Of a DNA stretch of 64,000 bases, positions 13,480 through 27,215 are shown piece by piece (position 1 is the first letter of the stretch; the number at the start of each line of letters is the position of its first letter). The stretch covers positions 22,134,001-22,198,000 of the forward strand of contig NC_043004.1 in the NCBI RefSeq assembly GCF_006345805.1, given 5' to 3'. Made by a program: the position numbers and the translations under genes. The stretch comes from Octopus sinensis. Taxonomy: Eukaryota. Below the pieces are notes generated by a model. That model was not told the DNA's origin. It ran no database searches and saw nothing but the letters and a program-made list of their open reading frames with translations.

Positions 13480-15900
13480 GAGATTTCGACTTCAGTACGA
13501 AACGAAATTTCTTTTTTCTTCTTTCTTTCCAGCACCTCTCCCTTTTTAAAATTTTACTTCCCTTGGGAGCTCAGTACCTTTTTCCGCTTAGGGATTATTT
13601 CTAAATGTTAAGTCTGTTTACGTTTTCTGTTACTACTCCTTTTAGGCTCATTCTCTTTCGGTGCTGGCACATCAAGCACGTTAAACACTTCCATCGGAGT
13701 TTTCTTCCTTTCTTCTGTATATCTGATTTTTAAGTGATTTAGGTGTCACCTGTGCTTCCATCGTTGGCTTTTTACTAAATGCATTATGTTTCCAATTCTT
13801 TTAGTCACTACACCATCCTACCAACTCTCTTTACCGTTTTTGTATACTTTGAAATGGACATTGTCTCCGACATCAAAATATTTAGTTGAATTTTTTGTAT
13901 TATCTCTATAGGTTTTTTTTTTCAATTAGCAACAATTTGTCAAAGATCGTTGAACTGGTATTTGGGTCGGACGTTATTCTGTACACCCTTAAGAATTTAG
14001 TTAACGCTTCGCCATTTCCTAACTCGTTCCTTGCTTTTTATGCACGCGCTTGAACGTATCTACGAATCGTTCTGCTGGCCCATTTAAACTCGGGTGGTAG
14101 GGCAGGGTAAACACGTGCTTGACTGCATACATTTTACAGAATGTCCTGCACTCGCATCCTGTAAATTGTGTTCCATTGTTCGATATCATGGTGTCCGGAA
14201 CACTGTATCGAGCAAAAAGTTCGTGCTGGAACTTTATTGCTGCATTCGAGGTAGGTTAAATCCATCTGCAGACTTCAGGCCATTTAGTAAAGTTATCAAC
14301 AATGATCAAGTAGTACGCGCCATTCACTGGCCCAACGTAGTGTATACGTACCGTGGACCACTGTCTATCCGTCTCAGGCCACAATTGGTATTTCGCCGGT
14401 AGTGCCTTGGCTGCTAACGCACAACCTTTACATGATTTTACCAAATTTTCAATATCCCGGTCCATTGTTGGCCAATATACATAACTACTCATCAAAGCTC
14501 TTATTCTTGCTATCCTTGGGTGTCCACTATGAAATTCATGTTATATCCGTTTTTGAAGTGCAGGTGGTACTACCACACTTTTTACGAACATTAATATATC
14601 GTCGCAGAGTAGAAAATGGTTCACAATCGTGCTTCTGTTTTGTTTATTTTAGAGTTTCCGTCATTTTATGTATTTTTCCCCTGCTGATCTACTTATTATA
14701 TCTTGTACAGTCACTTGGCACTCTCCGAATGACATTACACATAATGATTTTAATTTCCTTTTCTGATTGTAATTCGGCTATCATCGTATCTTCCAACACT
14801 AATTCTTCGGAATTAGCCTAGATAAATACTCCACATAGCCATTTTTTATAGTAAGAATATACTCTATCTTAAAGTTGTATTTTAATAATATTGTACCCCA
14901 GCGTTGTAATCTGATAGCTGTATGAGCAGGAATTCCTTTCTTCGATCAGAAAATTGATAAAAATGGTCGATGGTCGGTCTGAATCCGGAAACCTCTACCG
15001 TGGAGAAAACTGTGAAATTTTTCAAGGCAAAAATAATCGCTACAATTTCTTTTTCTATCGGACTTTAGTTTGTTTCTGCTGCAATCAGAGCACCTAAGAC
15101 ACGAACCACCGCCTTCATATTACCGTCTTTATATTTGTATAGCAAAACTGCTCCTAAACCCTATTCAGAAGCGTTAGAAGCTACTACAATCTACGCTGCA
15201 GAATTGAAATGAGCAAGTGACAAATCAGAAATGAATATTCTTTTAATATCGCGAAACGCCTTTTGACAATTATTTGACCAATTCCATTTGTTATTTTTAT
15301 CTCGAAAATTATTAAGTGGAGCTCTCACTTCATACATGTTTGGTATGTAATTTTGATAATAGTTTGCCAGACTATCAAAAGCTAGTAATGTTTCCATGTT
15401 ATTTCGGGGAGGCATATTTTTAATTACATCTACCCTCGACGGGTCAGGTAGTCTTCCATTTTTATCTATAATTTGTCCTAAATACTTGATTTTGGGCAAA
15501 AATAATTCACATTTCTCGTCCCTGAGTGTGAAACCGTAATCTCTTATTTAAAAAAAAAAAACACACTGCAAATGCTCGATATGCTGATCACGAGATTCGA
15601 CTTTTAATCAATACATCATCGAGATATGGAATTGCAAATTAATAGTCCGCCAACATCGCATCCATAACATGCTGAAATATTGCCGACGCGACCTTCAGAC
15701 CAAATGGCAATCTATTATATTTGCATAGTCTTCTATGCGTATTCACTGTTAGATGCTTCGAGCAATTCTCGTCTACTTTAAATTGTAGACACGCATCAGA
15801 CAGATTCAGTTTCGAAAACATTTTGCCAACATTTAATTTTGCAAAAATATCCTCCGGAGTAGGCAGTGGATAGTTTCACATTTTTCTTTTATTGTCGTCC
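13480..15900 (-). pseudogene. pol: Degraded Ty3/Gypsy pol (RT - RNase H - integrase), K02A2.6/Mag-like, 5' truncated
   Basis: RT FSKLNLSDA..NRLPFGLKV..YLDD (15615-15626); KIKYLGQIIDKNG; RNase H VASNAS/GAVLL/TDHR; integrase YVYWPTMDRDIENLVKSCKGC and YYLIIVDNFTKWPEV. Many stops and frameshifts. Confidence 0.9.
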
Positions 15901-16459
15901 AAACCAGTAGAGAAATTTGCACACACCCTGATATTTATTTTTTTTCAGTACACACAGTTGTTGCTGCCCACTTTGAATAATCTACAGTCTGTCCAATTCT
16001 TCTTCTACCTGCTTTATCGCAGAAAATGACCCACAGACATAAATATGAAAACCATGCATATACATGTATACACACACGCATATACCAAAAGAAAACACAT
16101 GCACGCGCATATACTCTTCGAGACAAACACAGTCATACTCATACGTTTATACACAAATACAAGATTCTAAATGCTTTTCCAAACATACATGCCTCCTAAA
16201 CATGTTCGCAGATACGTTTGTATATAGAATTAAAATCTACAGGATAATTAATCTATTAAGAGATCTAGAATGAAATATAAACGACAAGAAACTTCAGAGA
16301 AACACCCTCTGATGAAATGTCACTGATAATATTACGGTGTTCTAATATAATAGAATCAATAAATTAAATACCAGTAAGAGAAAGTGGGGTGTTAATATGT
16401 CTCCTTTAGAAATATTGAATTTCAGCATAAACACGAGAGAACACGGGTGTGAAGTGTAT

Positions 16460-16550
16460 GTTGCTGGTACTTCTATTATTATCCCTACTAGTCGCAAGAT
16501 GAACGACAAAACCAACCTTGGCCGCGTTTGAAATTAGAATTTAAACGGGT
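16460..16550 (-). mobile_element. Highly decayed SINE family B remnant
   Basis: ggtacttctattattatcc...gatgaacgacaaaaccaaccttggccgcgtttgaaattagaa aligns loosely with family B. Confidence 0.4.
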
Positions 16551-16929
16551 GTAATTTTGTCGAAGTTTTGTTCTTGAAGAATTGACCATACATAGTGGTG
16601 AGAATGATGGGCTTTTGGGCTTCTCAGCGGTTACAAAATAACGGTTTACTTTAAGATTACTTGCAAAGTGTGGGAATTCCAAATCGCCAAAGTTCTGGGT
16701 GTAGTAACTAAATTGCTACTAGATGAAGTGAGTGAAATTAATAGATAGGCGGAGAAGCAGCAAATGAATTTAGAGAAGCTGGATGAAGGAGACACGAGAC
16801 CAGCTAGTCCCTAACTGCAGTGGTGATGAATGAGGCTGGAAAAGGAGACAGAATTTTTTTAGGCCATAAGCTGAGGAGTGACTGGCATACTTCTGATGCT
16901 TATGGATGAGGATGAGGAAATATAGTGTT

Positions 16930-17470
16930 TTATTTATATGTGCACAGATTGCATCTCATTTTGTAAGATACAACATAACTGTAACCCATAAGGAGATATT
17001 TTTGAGGTAACTTTTCCTGCGCAGACTGGATCTCAAATGGTTAGGAGGAAATGAAGAATATTAGGAATGTGGTTAGTGTAGGGGACAAGTGTGAAGACAC
17101 AAAATAACCCTACGTCATCAGGGGTTATAACGTGGTTCAGAGAGATGTGTGACCTATGCGCTTGTTCGAGCAATACTAGCCACCATGGTATGATGTGACA
17201 AGAAGTTACCAAGGTTTCAACTCGACACATAATGTCACCAATTCTAATAGACTGAGACCATAACTTCTGTTTAAATATATTGATCAAGCAGAAAAGAAGT
17301 GATCGTCATAAAAAGATGCATTGAGATCCCTATATTTTCAGTTCAAAATATTTCAGTGCTGGCAACCTTCCTCGAAGAAATGAGGAACTGGGTTAATTTA
17401 CATAAATTCAAATACCAGCGGGATATAACACGCGCCAAACACCGTTTCGTTAAGAAACTTTGATAAGGAG
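16930..17470 (-). mobile_element. Possible Penelope-like N-terminal ORF remnant
   Basis: C-rich minus strand with FLTKRCLARVI and QAHRSHISLNHVITP, loosely resembling Penelope N-termini as recalled. No catalytic motif seen. Confidence 0.25.
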
Positions 17471-17483
17471 GAAGAGGTAGTGA

Positions 17484-17529
<46 letters not shown>

Positions 17530-17571
17530 CGATGACGATGATGACGACGACTATGACGACGACGACGACGA
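17484..17571. repeat. (GAT)n/(GAC)n microsatellite
   Basis: Visible directly in the sequence. Confidence 0.95.
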
Positions 17572-18262
17572 CAGTGAGGTGGAGGAGGAGGGCAGGGGAA
17601 GGGAAGTCGAAAGGTCTGACAACATTAGACATCGATGTATTAAGGTAGTATAAATACAAGTAGTATAGCTAATTACAAAACTTTTAAGTTCTGATACTGA
17701 ACATGGAAATGAATATATACCTAAATTTTCTTTCTATATTTAAGAGTATAATACTTTACGCTAAGCTATCTAAATTATATTTCCTATTTCTAATTATCTA
17801 TTACAAACATCGATTTCATATTTAAATCATCAGGTGAATTTAAAAGTACGCTACTTTAGTTTTCCCTGGCCTAAAATTGTAACGATATATAAAATTTGTT
17901 ACTGTAAGTCAAAGATATTGTATTAGCTTCATTTTAAAATAGTTCGCGTTAAAAGTTTTATTTCATTAATTTGGATGGATGTCTGCTTATTGATAAAATT
18001 ATTTACTGCATTTAGAATGAAACATCTGAATTTCTGTTAGGTTTACAGGAATAGACACGGTGTCTAGGGAAAAATAAATGTTTGTTGTATTCATAATGGA
18101 TCTACATTTCATTTGCAGAACGTATCTTTCAGATAATTAGTGTTGGAAACTAGATTCTAAATATTTATCACAGAGACATATGCAGTAACCATGAACAGCA
18201 ACAACAACAGCAAAAATCAACCGTTATTACATTAATATGCGTCTGAAATTGCTTGAATACAG

Positions 18263-18267
<5 letters not shown>

Positions 18268-18304
<37 letters not shown>

Positions 18305-18585
18305 ATATATATATACATACATACATACATGTATATATATATACATTACATACATGTATATATATGTATATATATATATATGTATGTATACATGTATATA
18401 TATATATATGTATATATATACATCTATATATATATGCATATATATATGTGTATATATATATACATGTATATATATGTATATATATGCATGTATATATACA
18501 TGTATATATATATATATATATATATGCTTGTATATATATATATATATATATATGCATGTATATATATATATATATATATATACAT
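18268..18585. repeat. Compound (TA)n/(TATG)n microsatellite
   Basis: Visible directly; it generates the YIYI ORFs in the track. Confidence 0.95.
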
Positions 18586-18799
18586 GAGTAAGCTTTTACG
18601 TCCATCTGTGTGCACATGCACGCACAAACACACTCACACATACATGGACGCACAAATACTCACACACACACTTATACACACATATTCCACAGCTGAGTTT
18701 AGAGCAAAAGGGTATTTATTAAGTTTATCATATTGAATACTTTAGTAGACTTCAGATGAAAGATTTCTTCTCCTTGTATTGAGAAGTAGTACTTACTAA

Positions 18800-19990
18800 T
18801 CATGTCATCAGTTTAATAATACCCGACTTATCTGGCCTATAATAAACTCACGTACTCCAAACCAGTTGTGGACTTTGCTTAAAAGAAGCCCTCAAAATTG
18901 TAACCCACAACTCACCATAATTGCTTAATAATTACAAGGCCTTCACTACCTGTAAGCGCAAATTCTTCCACACTTTTAAATTTTTTAAATAAATCTAAAC
19001 GTAAGCTCACTCTTCACGAATAGCACCCACATACAAACCCCTATGATCTTAACACATACCCTTTCTATATCTCTATAATGCTTATGTGTTACCTCTTTTC
19101 TATCTACCTAAGCTCATCACACTATGAGATAAATATTAGTTCTTTAATTTATTCTTAATTCATTTTTAAACCGTAACCCAATAAATCTCCTAATATAAAC
19201 CCTCTAACTCCCATTCATAAATAATTACACATTCAACTAGCTCTGCCCGTCTGGATTACCTACAAACTCATAACCCCATTGCTAAAAATAACTCTACAGA
19301 CACTGACCTTAGACAGATCGGACAAAAGCAGTTACTACTAAACTTCCCACCCCAATAACTTTAGACGTTAAGACTACTAGACATCTACTACTCTCTTTAA
19401 ATTCCTTTCATTTTGCTCTATTTATTAACCCTTTCTCCCTCTACCTCCTCATCCTCACTCTTATCTTCTCCGCTACCCCGTTCACAATTTCTTAGACACC
19501 ATACACCTATGCACCTTATTTTACCCTATAGACAATCCTTAAGCCCACCACCACCTCACTCTACCTCTCTTTCTATTTATTTTCTTTACTTTTAGCACTT
19601 AAGAGCCACCTCCGCTATCATTCTGTTATTGAACTTTGATAATGCTCGTGTCCTTTTCCTTGAGATATCTACTATTCAAGATTTTAACCCACATGAATAT
19701 ACACAGGATTGCACCTAAGTACTTACGCTCATGGATATACGCACGATTGCCCCTAAGGACTCAAGCTGTGGTTTCTATAATTTCGGAAAGTTGAAATATG
19801 AACTTCTATGCTTCTTTTCCTTTCTTACTTTCCATCTCTTTATTCTTTTACTCCCATCCTCTTTGTCATCATCTTATTAGTATATAGCATTCTCATTTTC
19901 CCTATTTTTTCCCTATTTGTGTCTGATGACGTAATATCCCATGCACGCGGATATCCCAGAATGAGGTGTAAGATTTTGAATTTCTTCCTA
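18800..19990 (+). mobile_element. Decayed Penelope-like element
   Basis: Strongly C-rich, G-poor + strand. DNARVLFLEISTIQD (~19640-19680) resembles the Penelope RT C-terminal FLD(I) motif. Followed by a CT-rich tract and CTGATGA (19923) with an atatcc/ggatat stem. Confidence 0.4.
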
Positions 19991-20403
19991 TAATAATATT
20001 GTATACGAGATGTTTGCCTTTCCTTAATGTTTACTGTCCCGTTTAACAATTATATATTCGCTGCATCGGAAAACTGCAATGGTTTTATAACTGCTGTCTC
20101 GGCTATAACCTTGGAGCCCCAGTAATCCTTACAGCATATATATATAAAACAATGTGAAAGCATAGTATAATAACTCGGTAATACAACCATGGGTTTATTT
20201 AAAACGTCGACTGGTGATTGAATTCAACTCAGGATTATCTGGAGATTAATCCATATCACGAAACCGTTTTTAGCCTAGTGTATTTGTATTATCAGATAGC
20301 TTAAGAAGTATTATTCCCCGATTGCTAATTCCTTATTGATACCAATTTCTTCTGTCTTATATGCGTGTGCAAATATATATATGAATGTATGTATGTATAT
20401 ACG

Positions 20404-20443
<40 letters not shown>

Positions 20444-20458
20444 TATATATTATATATA

Positions 20459-20500
<42 letters not shown>

Positions 20501-20525
20501 GAAAGTTTCTTTCACTTTCTGTCTA

Positions 20526-20627
20526 TCAAATTCACTCACGAGGCTTTGGCCGGCCAAAAGTGTCACGCAGTGAGACTGAACCTCGAACCATGTCTTTAGG
20601 AAGCATGTTTCTTACCACACAGCCATA
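20526..20627 (-). mobile_element. Internally deleted SINE family A head
   Basis: Reverse complement atggctgtgtggtaagaaacatgc...ggttcgaggttcagtctcactgcgtg. Confidence 0.7.
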
Positions 20628-20696
20628 TGTTGATATATATTCCGGAGTGACAATGTATTTAAAAATAGTTACATATATTTGTGTTTATGCGTATAT

Positions 20697-20741
<45 letters not shown>

Positions 20742-21100
20742 ATGTTGCACGCATGGCTTCAAGGTTAACAACTTCCTTCGGTGTTCTTGACATTCTGAGT
20801 GCAAAGTCACGGCTACGTAACCAGAAGTGTAGATGTAATCTGATTGGATAAAGTGCTTTTAATGAAATTGAAGTCACGGAAATTGTGGGGAAACACGTCC
20901 GAAGTCTTGTAAATCCAATGTGAGAGGTCACCTTTGCAACAGATTAATTCAGCTAGAGAAATACATAAAATGTAAACATGGCATAGACATTTCAGCTACT
21001 TACACTGTAAAGTAGTGAGTAGGAAGTTGAATTCATCATCGCAAATTATGAATGTGCTATTTACTATTATGCTAAATTCATGCATGTATATATATATATG

Positions 21101-21494
21101 TTAAAAATATAATTAAGGGTATCTGAGAGATACCTCCACGCTGGAAATAGCAGCCAAACCTCGACTCTAAAACCACATTAAACTGGTCGTGTGCATACGT
21201 GCAGATATGTATGTATACGTTCGTATATGAAAGTATTCGTATATTGTATATATATATGTATATATATTTGTATTTATGTACTGCGTATATTCCGCTGATG
21301 AGGCAAAGCATTTCTTATGCAGGGTCAGAAATCTGGGATCTGGAATTATCAAGTAATTTTTATTGGTAGTTTATTTTGTCTATTTGTCTGCTCTCCTGGT
21401 GTTGTATGAACATTTGATGTTGCTCTAGAGTCAAGTTTTGGCTGCTACTTTCAGCGTAGTGGTATCTCTTAGATACTCTAAATTATAATTTTAA
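21101..21494. repeat. Inverted repeat, ~83-bp arms (21101-21183 / 21413-21494); MITE-like
   Basis: ttaaaaatataattaagggtatctgagagatacc...gcagccaaacctcgactcta is matched by the reverse complement of the right arm, roughly 80% identical by eye. Confidence 0.75.
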
Positions 21495-23668
21495 TAATAA
21501 TTATTACGTTGGAAGGTTTTTATTCCCATGCTGGCCACTTGATAAGTTCGATATTTAAATAACGATCTTATCCTTATATATATATATATACATAAAGATC
21601 CAAAATATTTAGTAATGTTCATAAACTTCAATTAGTGCTTTCCCACTTTCGTAGTGATCATCAGATTTCAAAGGGTATTGAATAAAAGTTGAGCTGAGTT
21701 GTTTACTGTAGTAAAATGACTGACTCTCTACCTTTCAAAACGCTCCAATAAGCTGAATTTCTCGAATATGGCTTTGACAAATCAGTATGCAGCTTAAGCA
21801 TCACAGTTTGTCTGGTGAATCGATATTACTGGCAGTGATCTCGCAATTATTTTAACCAATTAGCTTGAGGTTTACATGTTATGGTTTTATGAGTGAGCAA
21901 ACTTAGTTGGTTTCGATCATTTTTGAGTCTTCTGTAATTTGTTTTTATTCATATGTTAAAGATATTTTCTAATTCCCATCATTAACTGGTTGTTATAGTA
22001 TTATTGTTATTTCTGTTCAGAACACGGCGGGATCTATTCATGCTGACTGGTCAAAACGTGACCACCTACTATTCTCGGCTCCTTGACCCCCGCCCCAACG
22101 TCGTATTTCGTTCGCCTGTTCGTTCTCGTCCACCGTACTAAATCACACTCTGTATTGTCTTGCTTGTTTTGTTTGCTCTTGACCCTAATTCTCCGCAATC
22201 AAACATTTTTTGCGGGCACCGCCAATTGGGAAGCATTCAGACTTATCGTTAAATATGCTAAACTGAATATTACCAATTGGTCGATAATTGATGAAGAATT
22301 ACAGACCTTCTGTTTGTCTCCCGTTTGTTTCTACGTCCAGTTAGGTAGTTTGTTTATACAATTTTTCATATATATATATATAAATATATATATATATGAA
22401 GACTAAACGTGCTTATACTGTCCCTTTCATAAGCTCGTCTTCCTAAACGTTCAGAATAATTTTTCTCTCGTCTTGACGTAACATCCCTCACCCTTTTTTT
22501 TTATTGTTTTGTTCTAACTGTACTGTTACCACTTTCGCCCTCCGCAAAAAATCCCAAATTTTATATAAGTTTGCTTTGCGGGAAGGACTGTTTCAACGAA
22601 AACAACGTCTTGTCCCTGCCTTAAAAACGTGGTGTAGTTGAAACAGGGACAATTATAGAAGGGGAATATTCTTTATGTTTCATGTCTCGTTTCTCTGTTC
22701 TTTTCGTTGCTCGAAAAAGTTTGTTTCTATGTTTCTGTTTTTGCTTTCGTTTCTCATTGTGTTCAACGTTATTGTTTATGTCCTGTACCTATATAAGCAT
22801 GTAAATATACATGTTTATGTAGGTATGTACACAAATGTATGTATATACGCATATATTGATAGATTATTTATATTATATATATATACATATATAATACACT
22901 TAAAAGCATTATATATATATATGTAATACCCTTTAATGCATAGAAGCTGTCATTGATTTACATTTCAATATCATGTACTAAAATCATTAATCTGTTTCTT
23001 GTGAAGGAAGGTGCATTGTTTTGTTTTAATTAAAAATTTGCTTTGGAAACTAATTATTAACGGTAAAATATGGAGCAGCAATCATTACTTGGCAAAAATT
23101 TCACTATTTAGATATGCAGATGTATATAATTCTATTTACTGTTTTTTTTTTTTTTTGCTTTTTTTTGCTTTGTTTATTTTTTCTCTTAATAAACTTTACA
23201 ATTCGTTTAAATGAAATTGTAAGAAAAAAGTCAATTTGCCGTTCCGTATGTGTAATTAGCCTACATTTTAAAAAATTTAACAGGAAACGTAAAAAAAAAA
23301 AACATTAAAAGTATAAGAAAAAGAAAAACATTCCTTCATTAGATGTTTCGTTATTCTGCAAATGCATTGAAATATAATCAACAATCGTTCGTGTCCGTTG
23401 CTCTTATGTAATATATGCAAGCAGCAATAGTTCAAACAATAGTGTGCTGCATTTGGATTTATACCCAAACAAATACATGCAGACATATATACCTACAGAC
23501 ATATATACACCCACGCTCCATAACATTTGAAAATAAATTGCGAATCTAAATATTATAGAATATACTGACAAGGTTTAAAGTGTCTTTGATGTTTCATATT
23601 TCCTTACTTACCACATTCACTGTCTCGCTTTCATAATCCATGCATTTACACACATATACACGTGCACA

Positions 23669-23709
<41 letters not shown>

Positions 23710-23769
23710 ACATACATATATGCGTACAAATCCTCCTCACACGCACATGTGGCCGTGGCATGCAAGCGT

Positions 23770-23915
23770 AAGCGTGGCTGTGCGATAAGAAGTTTGCTTC
23801 CCGAGAGGATTTCAGATTCAGTTTCAAGAAGTGGCAGCTTAGAAAAACGTTTTCTTCTCTAGCCTCACCATGGCAAACCTTGCAGGAAGATGTGGTTGAC
23901 GGAATCTAAAAGATC
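23770..23915 (+). mobile_element. Very decayed SINE family A copy
   Basis: gtggctgtgcgataagaagtttgcttccc...ttgacggaatctaaaagatcg. Confidence 0.5.
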
Positions 23916-24214
23916 GTATATACACATGTATATATTCATACATAAATACAAGAAACATTTTTATTAATATGACTATTGTTATTGTCCTCGTCATCGTTCT
24001 CTAGTTTCTTTATCGATTTCTGCTTTCACTTCATAATTGAGTTTATCTCTTTGTTCGATTTCATGCAGGAGGGATTGAGCATTGTAACTTTCTTGTACTT
24101 TGTAGATTTGTGCGTCTTTTGACGATCCGTTGTGTATATATGAAAACCTTTGACTCTTTGTTACTCTCATGTTTCAATCATCAGTCTTTCTATGTACGTG
24201 TGTGTATGTATGTA

Positions 24215-24245
<31 letters not shown>

Positions 24246-24269
24246 ATGTATACATCTTTCTGTCTATCT

Positions 24270-25030
24270 CCTTCCAGGATATCTCATTTCCAGGATACGA
24301 ATTGTTTCTCTTACACTTGATAGACTCTGATCAACTCTGTTTCCAGAACGTTTATAGTTGGATCGTATATGTTTCATTTCATGATACATTTTCATCCCTG
24401 TAAATTGAAACAATGATTAGGGAACATTTCTTGTTCTCGCTAGTCTTTCATAATAATATCTGGATGAATTGCCTTAATCTTCGCTGACATCTCCCAGAGC
24501 GTTGCCAATCCGTTATTCACAGATATATATTTCTTGATGCGTATTTCTATTACACATTTTCTATGAGTATTCGTTAATAGTGATACACTGTCCATTTGAT
24601 TCTCATCCATATTGCGACTTTCACTTTCTGTTTCGGTTAACAGTGAGCAACCAGAGAAAATATAATGGATTACTTCTTCGCAGGACACATACTTTTCTGA
24701 AATTACTTTACATTTGAAATTTCGATCTGTTTCTAGTAGATGCTGAAAGATAGCTTTCATCTTGTGGTGCGCAGCAAAATATCGTTAGCATGACCATACT
24801 TTTCATGCAGGAAGATGAATTTTATCTTTAACCAGCTCGCAGTCATTATTATCCTTATTGATATTGCTGTTGTTTGTCCTGTTTCTGCTGTTGTTCTTGT
24901 TATTATTTACGAATGCATTTGTGCTGGTTTTGTCATTAATGAACTGGCTGTGAACAAAGGTAGTAGTTTCTTTTCAAGTCTCGAGAACTTTGCAGTGCCT
25001 CCATGCGATGTCACTTAATGTTGTTTGCTA
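24270..25030 (-). mobile_element. R4/Dong-like (RLE-type) non-LTR fragment
   Basis: Minus strand CAPQD..., decayed CCHC knuckle region (FKCKV..EEVIHYIFSGCSLL) and RLE motif IKAIHPDIIMKD. Confidence 0.65.
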
Positions 25031-25167
25031 GTTGTACTCTATTTTCATTTTCATTCCTCTTTCATTTCCAGGCATTCTTAAATATTTTCTGCTTGTCTCT
25101 AGCTTCAACACACATTATGAATTTATCTCATTCTGATGATTGGTCACTTCTGTGCTTCATGTATTTA

Positions 25168-25168
25168 T

Positions 25169-25248
<80 letters not shown>
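25168..25248. repeat. (CTA)n microsatellite
   Basis: Visible directly in the sequence. Confidence 0.95.
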
Positions 25249-25250
25249 TT

Positions 25251-25787
25251 GAGTGAGATAGCAGTGCATGCCACTACGGTGACACTGGGGTAAAATATAC
25301 AAAGCCCAGTATACCCATCATGACTACCGGTTTAATAAGGGTACACCAGGCACATGCACCACAACCATAGTGATATCTGTGCGTGACATAGTGATATCTC
25401 AAGATAGACAGAGCATGAACTTGCAGGTGGGGTCCAGTTATAATTTTCTTCAGGTTGAGTAGCACTTCCCGCTCATAAGGTCCCTGAGAAAATGTTAAGG
25501 ATGTTGAACGAAACATCCATCATTTCAAAGGTGAATTAGCCAAACCACAAAAGGTTCCTCTCAACACATGGCTATGATGCACTCCCACTACCTCTGCTCG
25601 TAATCTGTGAAGCACGTATCGCCAGCCACCAAGGGACATGTTCAACTGATTAATCTGTGGTACTGAGTAGAATATTTGCAGTTGCACATCTTTTGTACTA
25701 AGGCAAAACCATATACATGATAACGCTTCCAATCAGTTAAGATCAGAAGCCATAAAATCCATTGCCTGGTACTGCATCAGTGCATTT
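25251..25787 (-). mobile_element. ~540-bp non-coding retroposon-like unit, copy 1
   Basis: Collinear homolog of 25926-26483 with the same termini, flanked by trinucleotide repeats. Strand inferred from the (TAA)n-type tail. Confidence 0.75.
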
Positions 25788-25790
25788 CTT

Positions 25791-25893
<103 letters not shown>

Positions 25894-25925
25894 TATTATT
25901 ATTATTATCATTATTATTATTATTA

Positions 25926-26479
25926 AGTGAGAGAACAGTGCATGCCACTACGGTGATATTGGGGTAAAATATACAAAGCCCAGCATACCCATCATGACTA
26001 CCCGTCTGATAAGGGTACACTAGGCGCATGCATCACAACCATGTGTGCACGACATGATGATCTTATATCGAGATAATCAGCACATGAACTTGCAGGTGGG
26101 GCCCAGTTAGAATTATCTTCTGGTCCAGTAACCCATTCGGCTCAAAAAGGTCCCTGAATAATGGTTGTTTAAGGACGTTGAACGAAAGAGCCATGTTTTC
26201 AGAAGTGAATTATTCAAACTCCAAAGACTTCCTCTCAACACATGGCTATGATGCTCCCCCACTACTTCTGCTCGTGATCAGAGATGCACGTATCGTCAGC
26301 CACTAAGAGACATGCTCAACTGGTTATGGTCAAACAACTGACAAGCACATCTCTGGTATTGAGCAGAATATTTGCTATAGCCCATCTTTTATACCAAGAC
26401 AAAACAATGTACATGATAACACTTCCAATCAGTTAAGATCAGAAGCCATGGAAACCACTGTCTGGTACTGCATCAGGGC

Positions 26480-26483
<4 letters not shown>
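25926..26483 (-). mobile_element. ~560-bp non-coding retroposon-like unit, copy 2, embedded in (ATT)n
   Basis: Minus strand begins aaatgccctgatgcagtacc and ends ctctcact(taa)n. (ATT)n on both sides. Confidence 0.75.
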
Positions 26484-26537
<54 letters not shown>

Positions 26538-26629
26538 ATTATTATTATTATTATCATCATCCTCATCATTACTATTATTGGTGGTGGTGGTATTGGTAGT
26601 GGTGTTGATCATTTTGTTATTGTTGTTAT

Positions 26630-26760
26630 CGCGGTGAACTGCTAGAGTCGGTAGCACTTTCAACAACATAAATAGCGGCATTCTCCCGAGTCTTTACGTC
26701 CTACGGTCAATTCACTCCAACGCCCACCTTGTCCTATGTCTTTCAGGTCGATAACATTAG
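26630..26760 (+). mobile_element. Decayed SINE family B copy
   Basis: gcggtgaactgctagagtcggtagcac...tctttcaggtcgataa. Confidence 0.4.
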
Positions 26761-27134
26761 ATTAGTAGTCAAGTAGCATGATGGATATAATTGAATGATC
26801 ACCTCCGACAAAAATTGTTTGCATTATGTGTAATGTATGAAATGGGTAATGTATGAAATAATTGTTACTATCAATCATATGATATTGCAGAGGGTGGTAA
26901 TAAAAGATTGGTTGCATTTTTTTCGCTTTTTTCACGTAACCTACCAAGATTTCAGATATGGCCCCCGACAAAAAATATATTTTTAAAGAATTTATATGTT
27001 CAATGGTGGATTACAGGGGCCTGCACATGGCAAGCTTGAAGAATAGCTGCTCCACCCTTATGCACGCTATAGTCTAATATTATTTGGTTATTACTTCTGT
27101 TTTGCTGCTAAATATCTCAAACTCTACATTATTG

Positions 27135-27215
<81 letters not shown>

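Noticed and set aside
18168-18736. ORFs of [12 protein letters not shown] or poly-I/L type here and throughout the track
   Set aside because: They are translations of microsatellites.
18800-19700. Nuclear mitochondrial insertion suggested by the C-rich, G-poor strand
   Set aside because: No mitochondrial protein, tRNA or rRNA motif was recognised; a Penelope-like remnant fits better.
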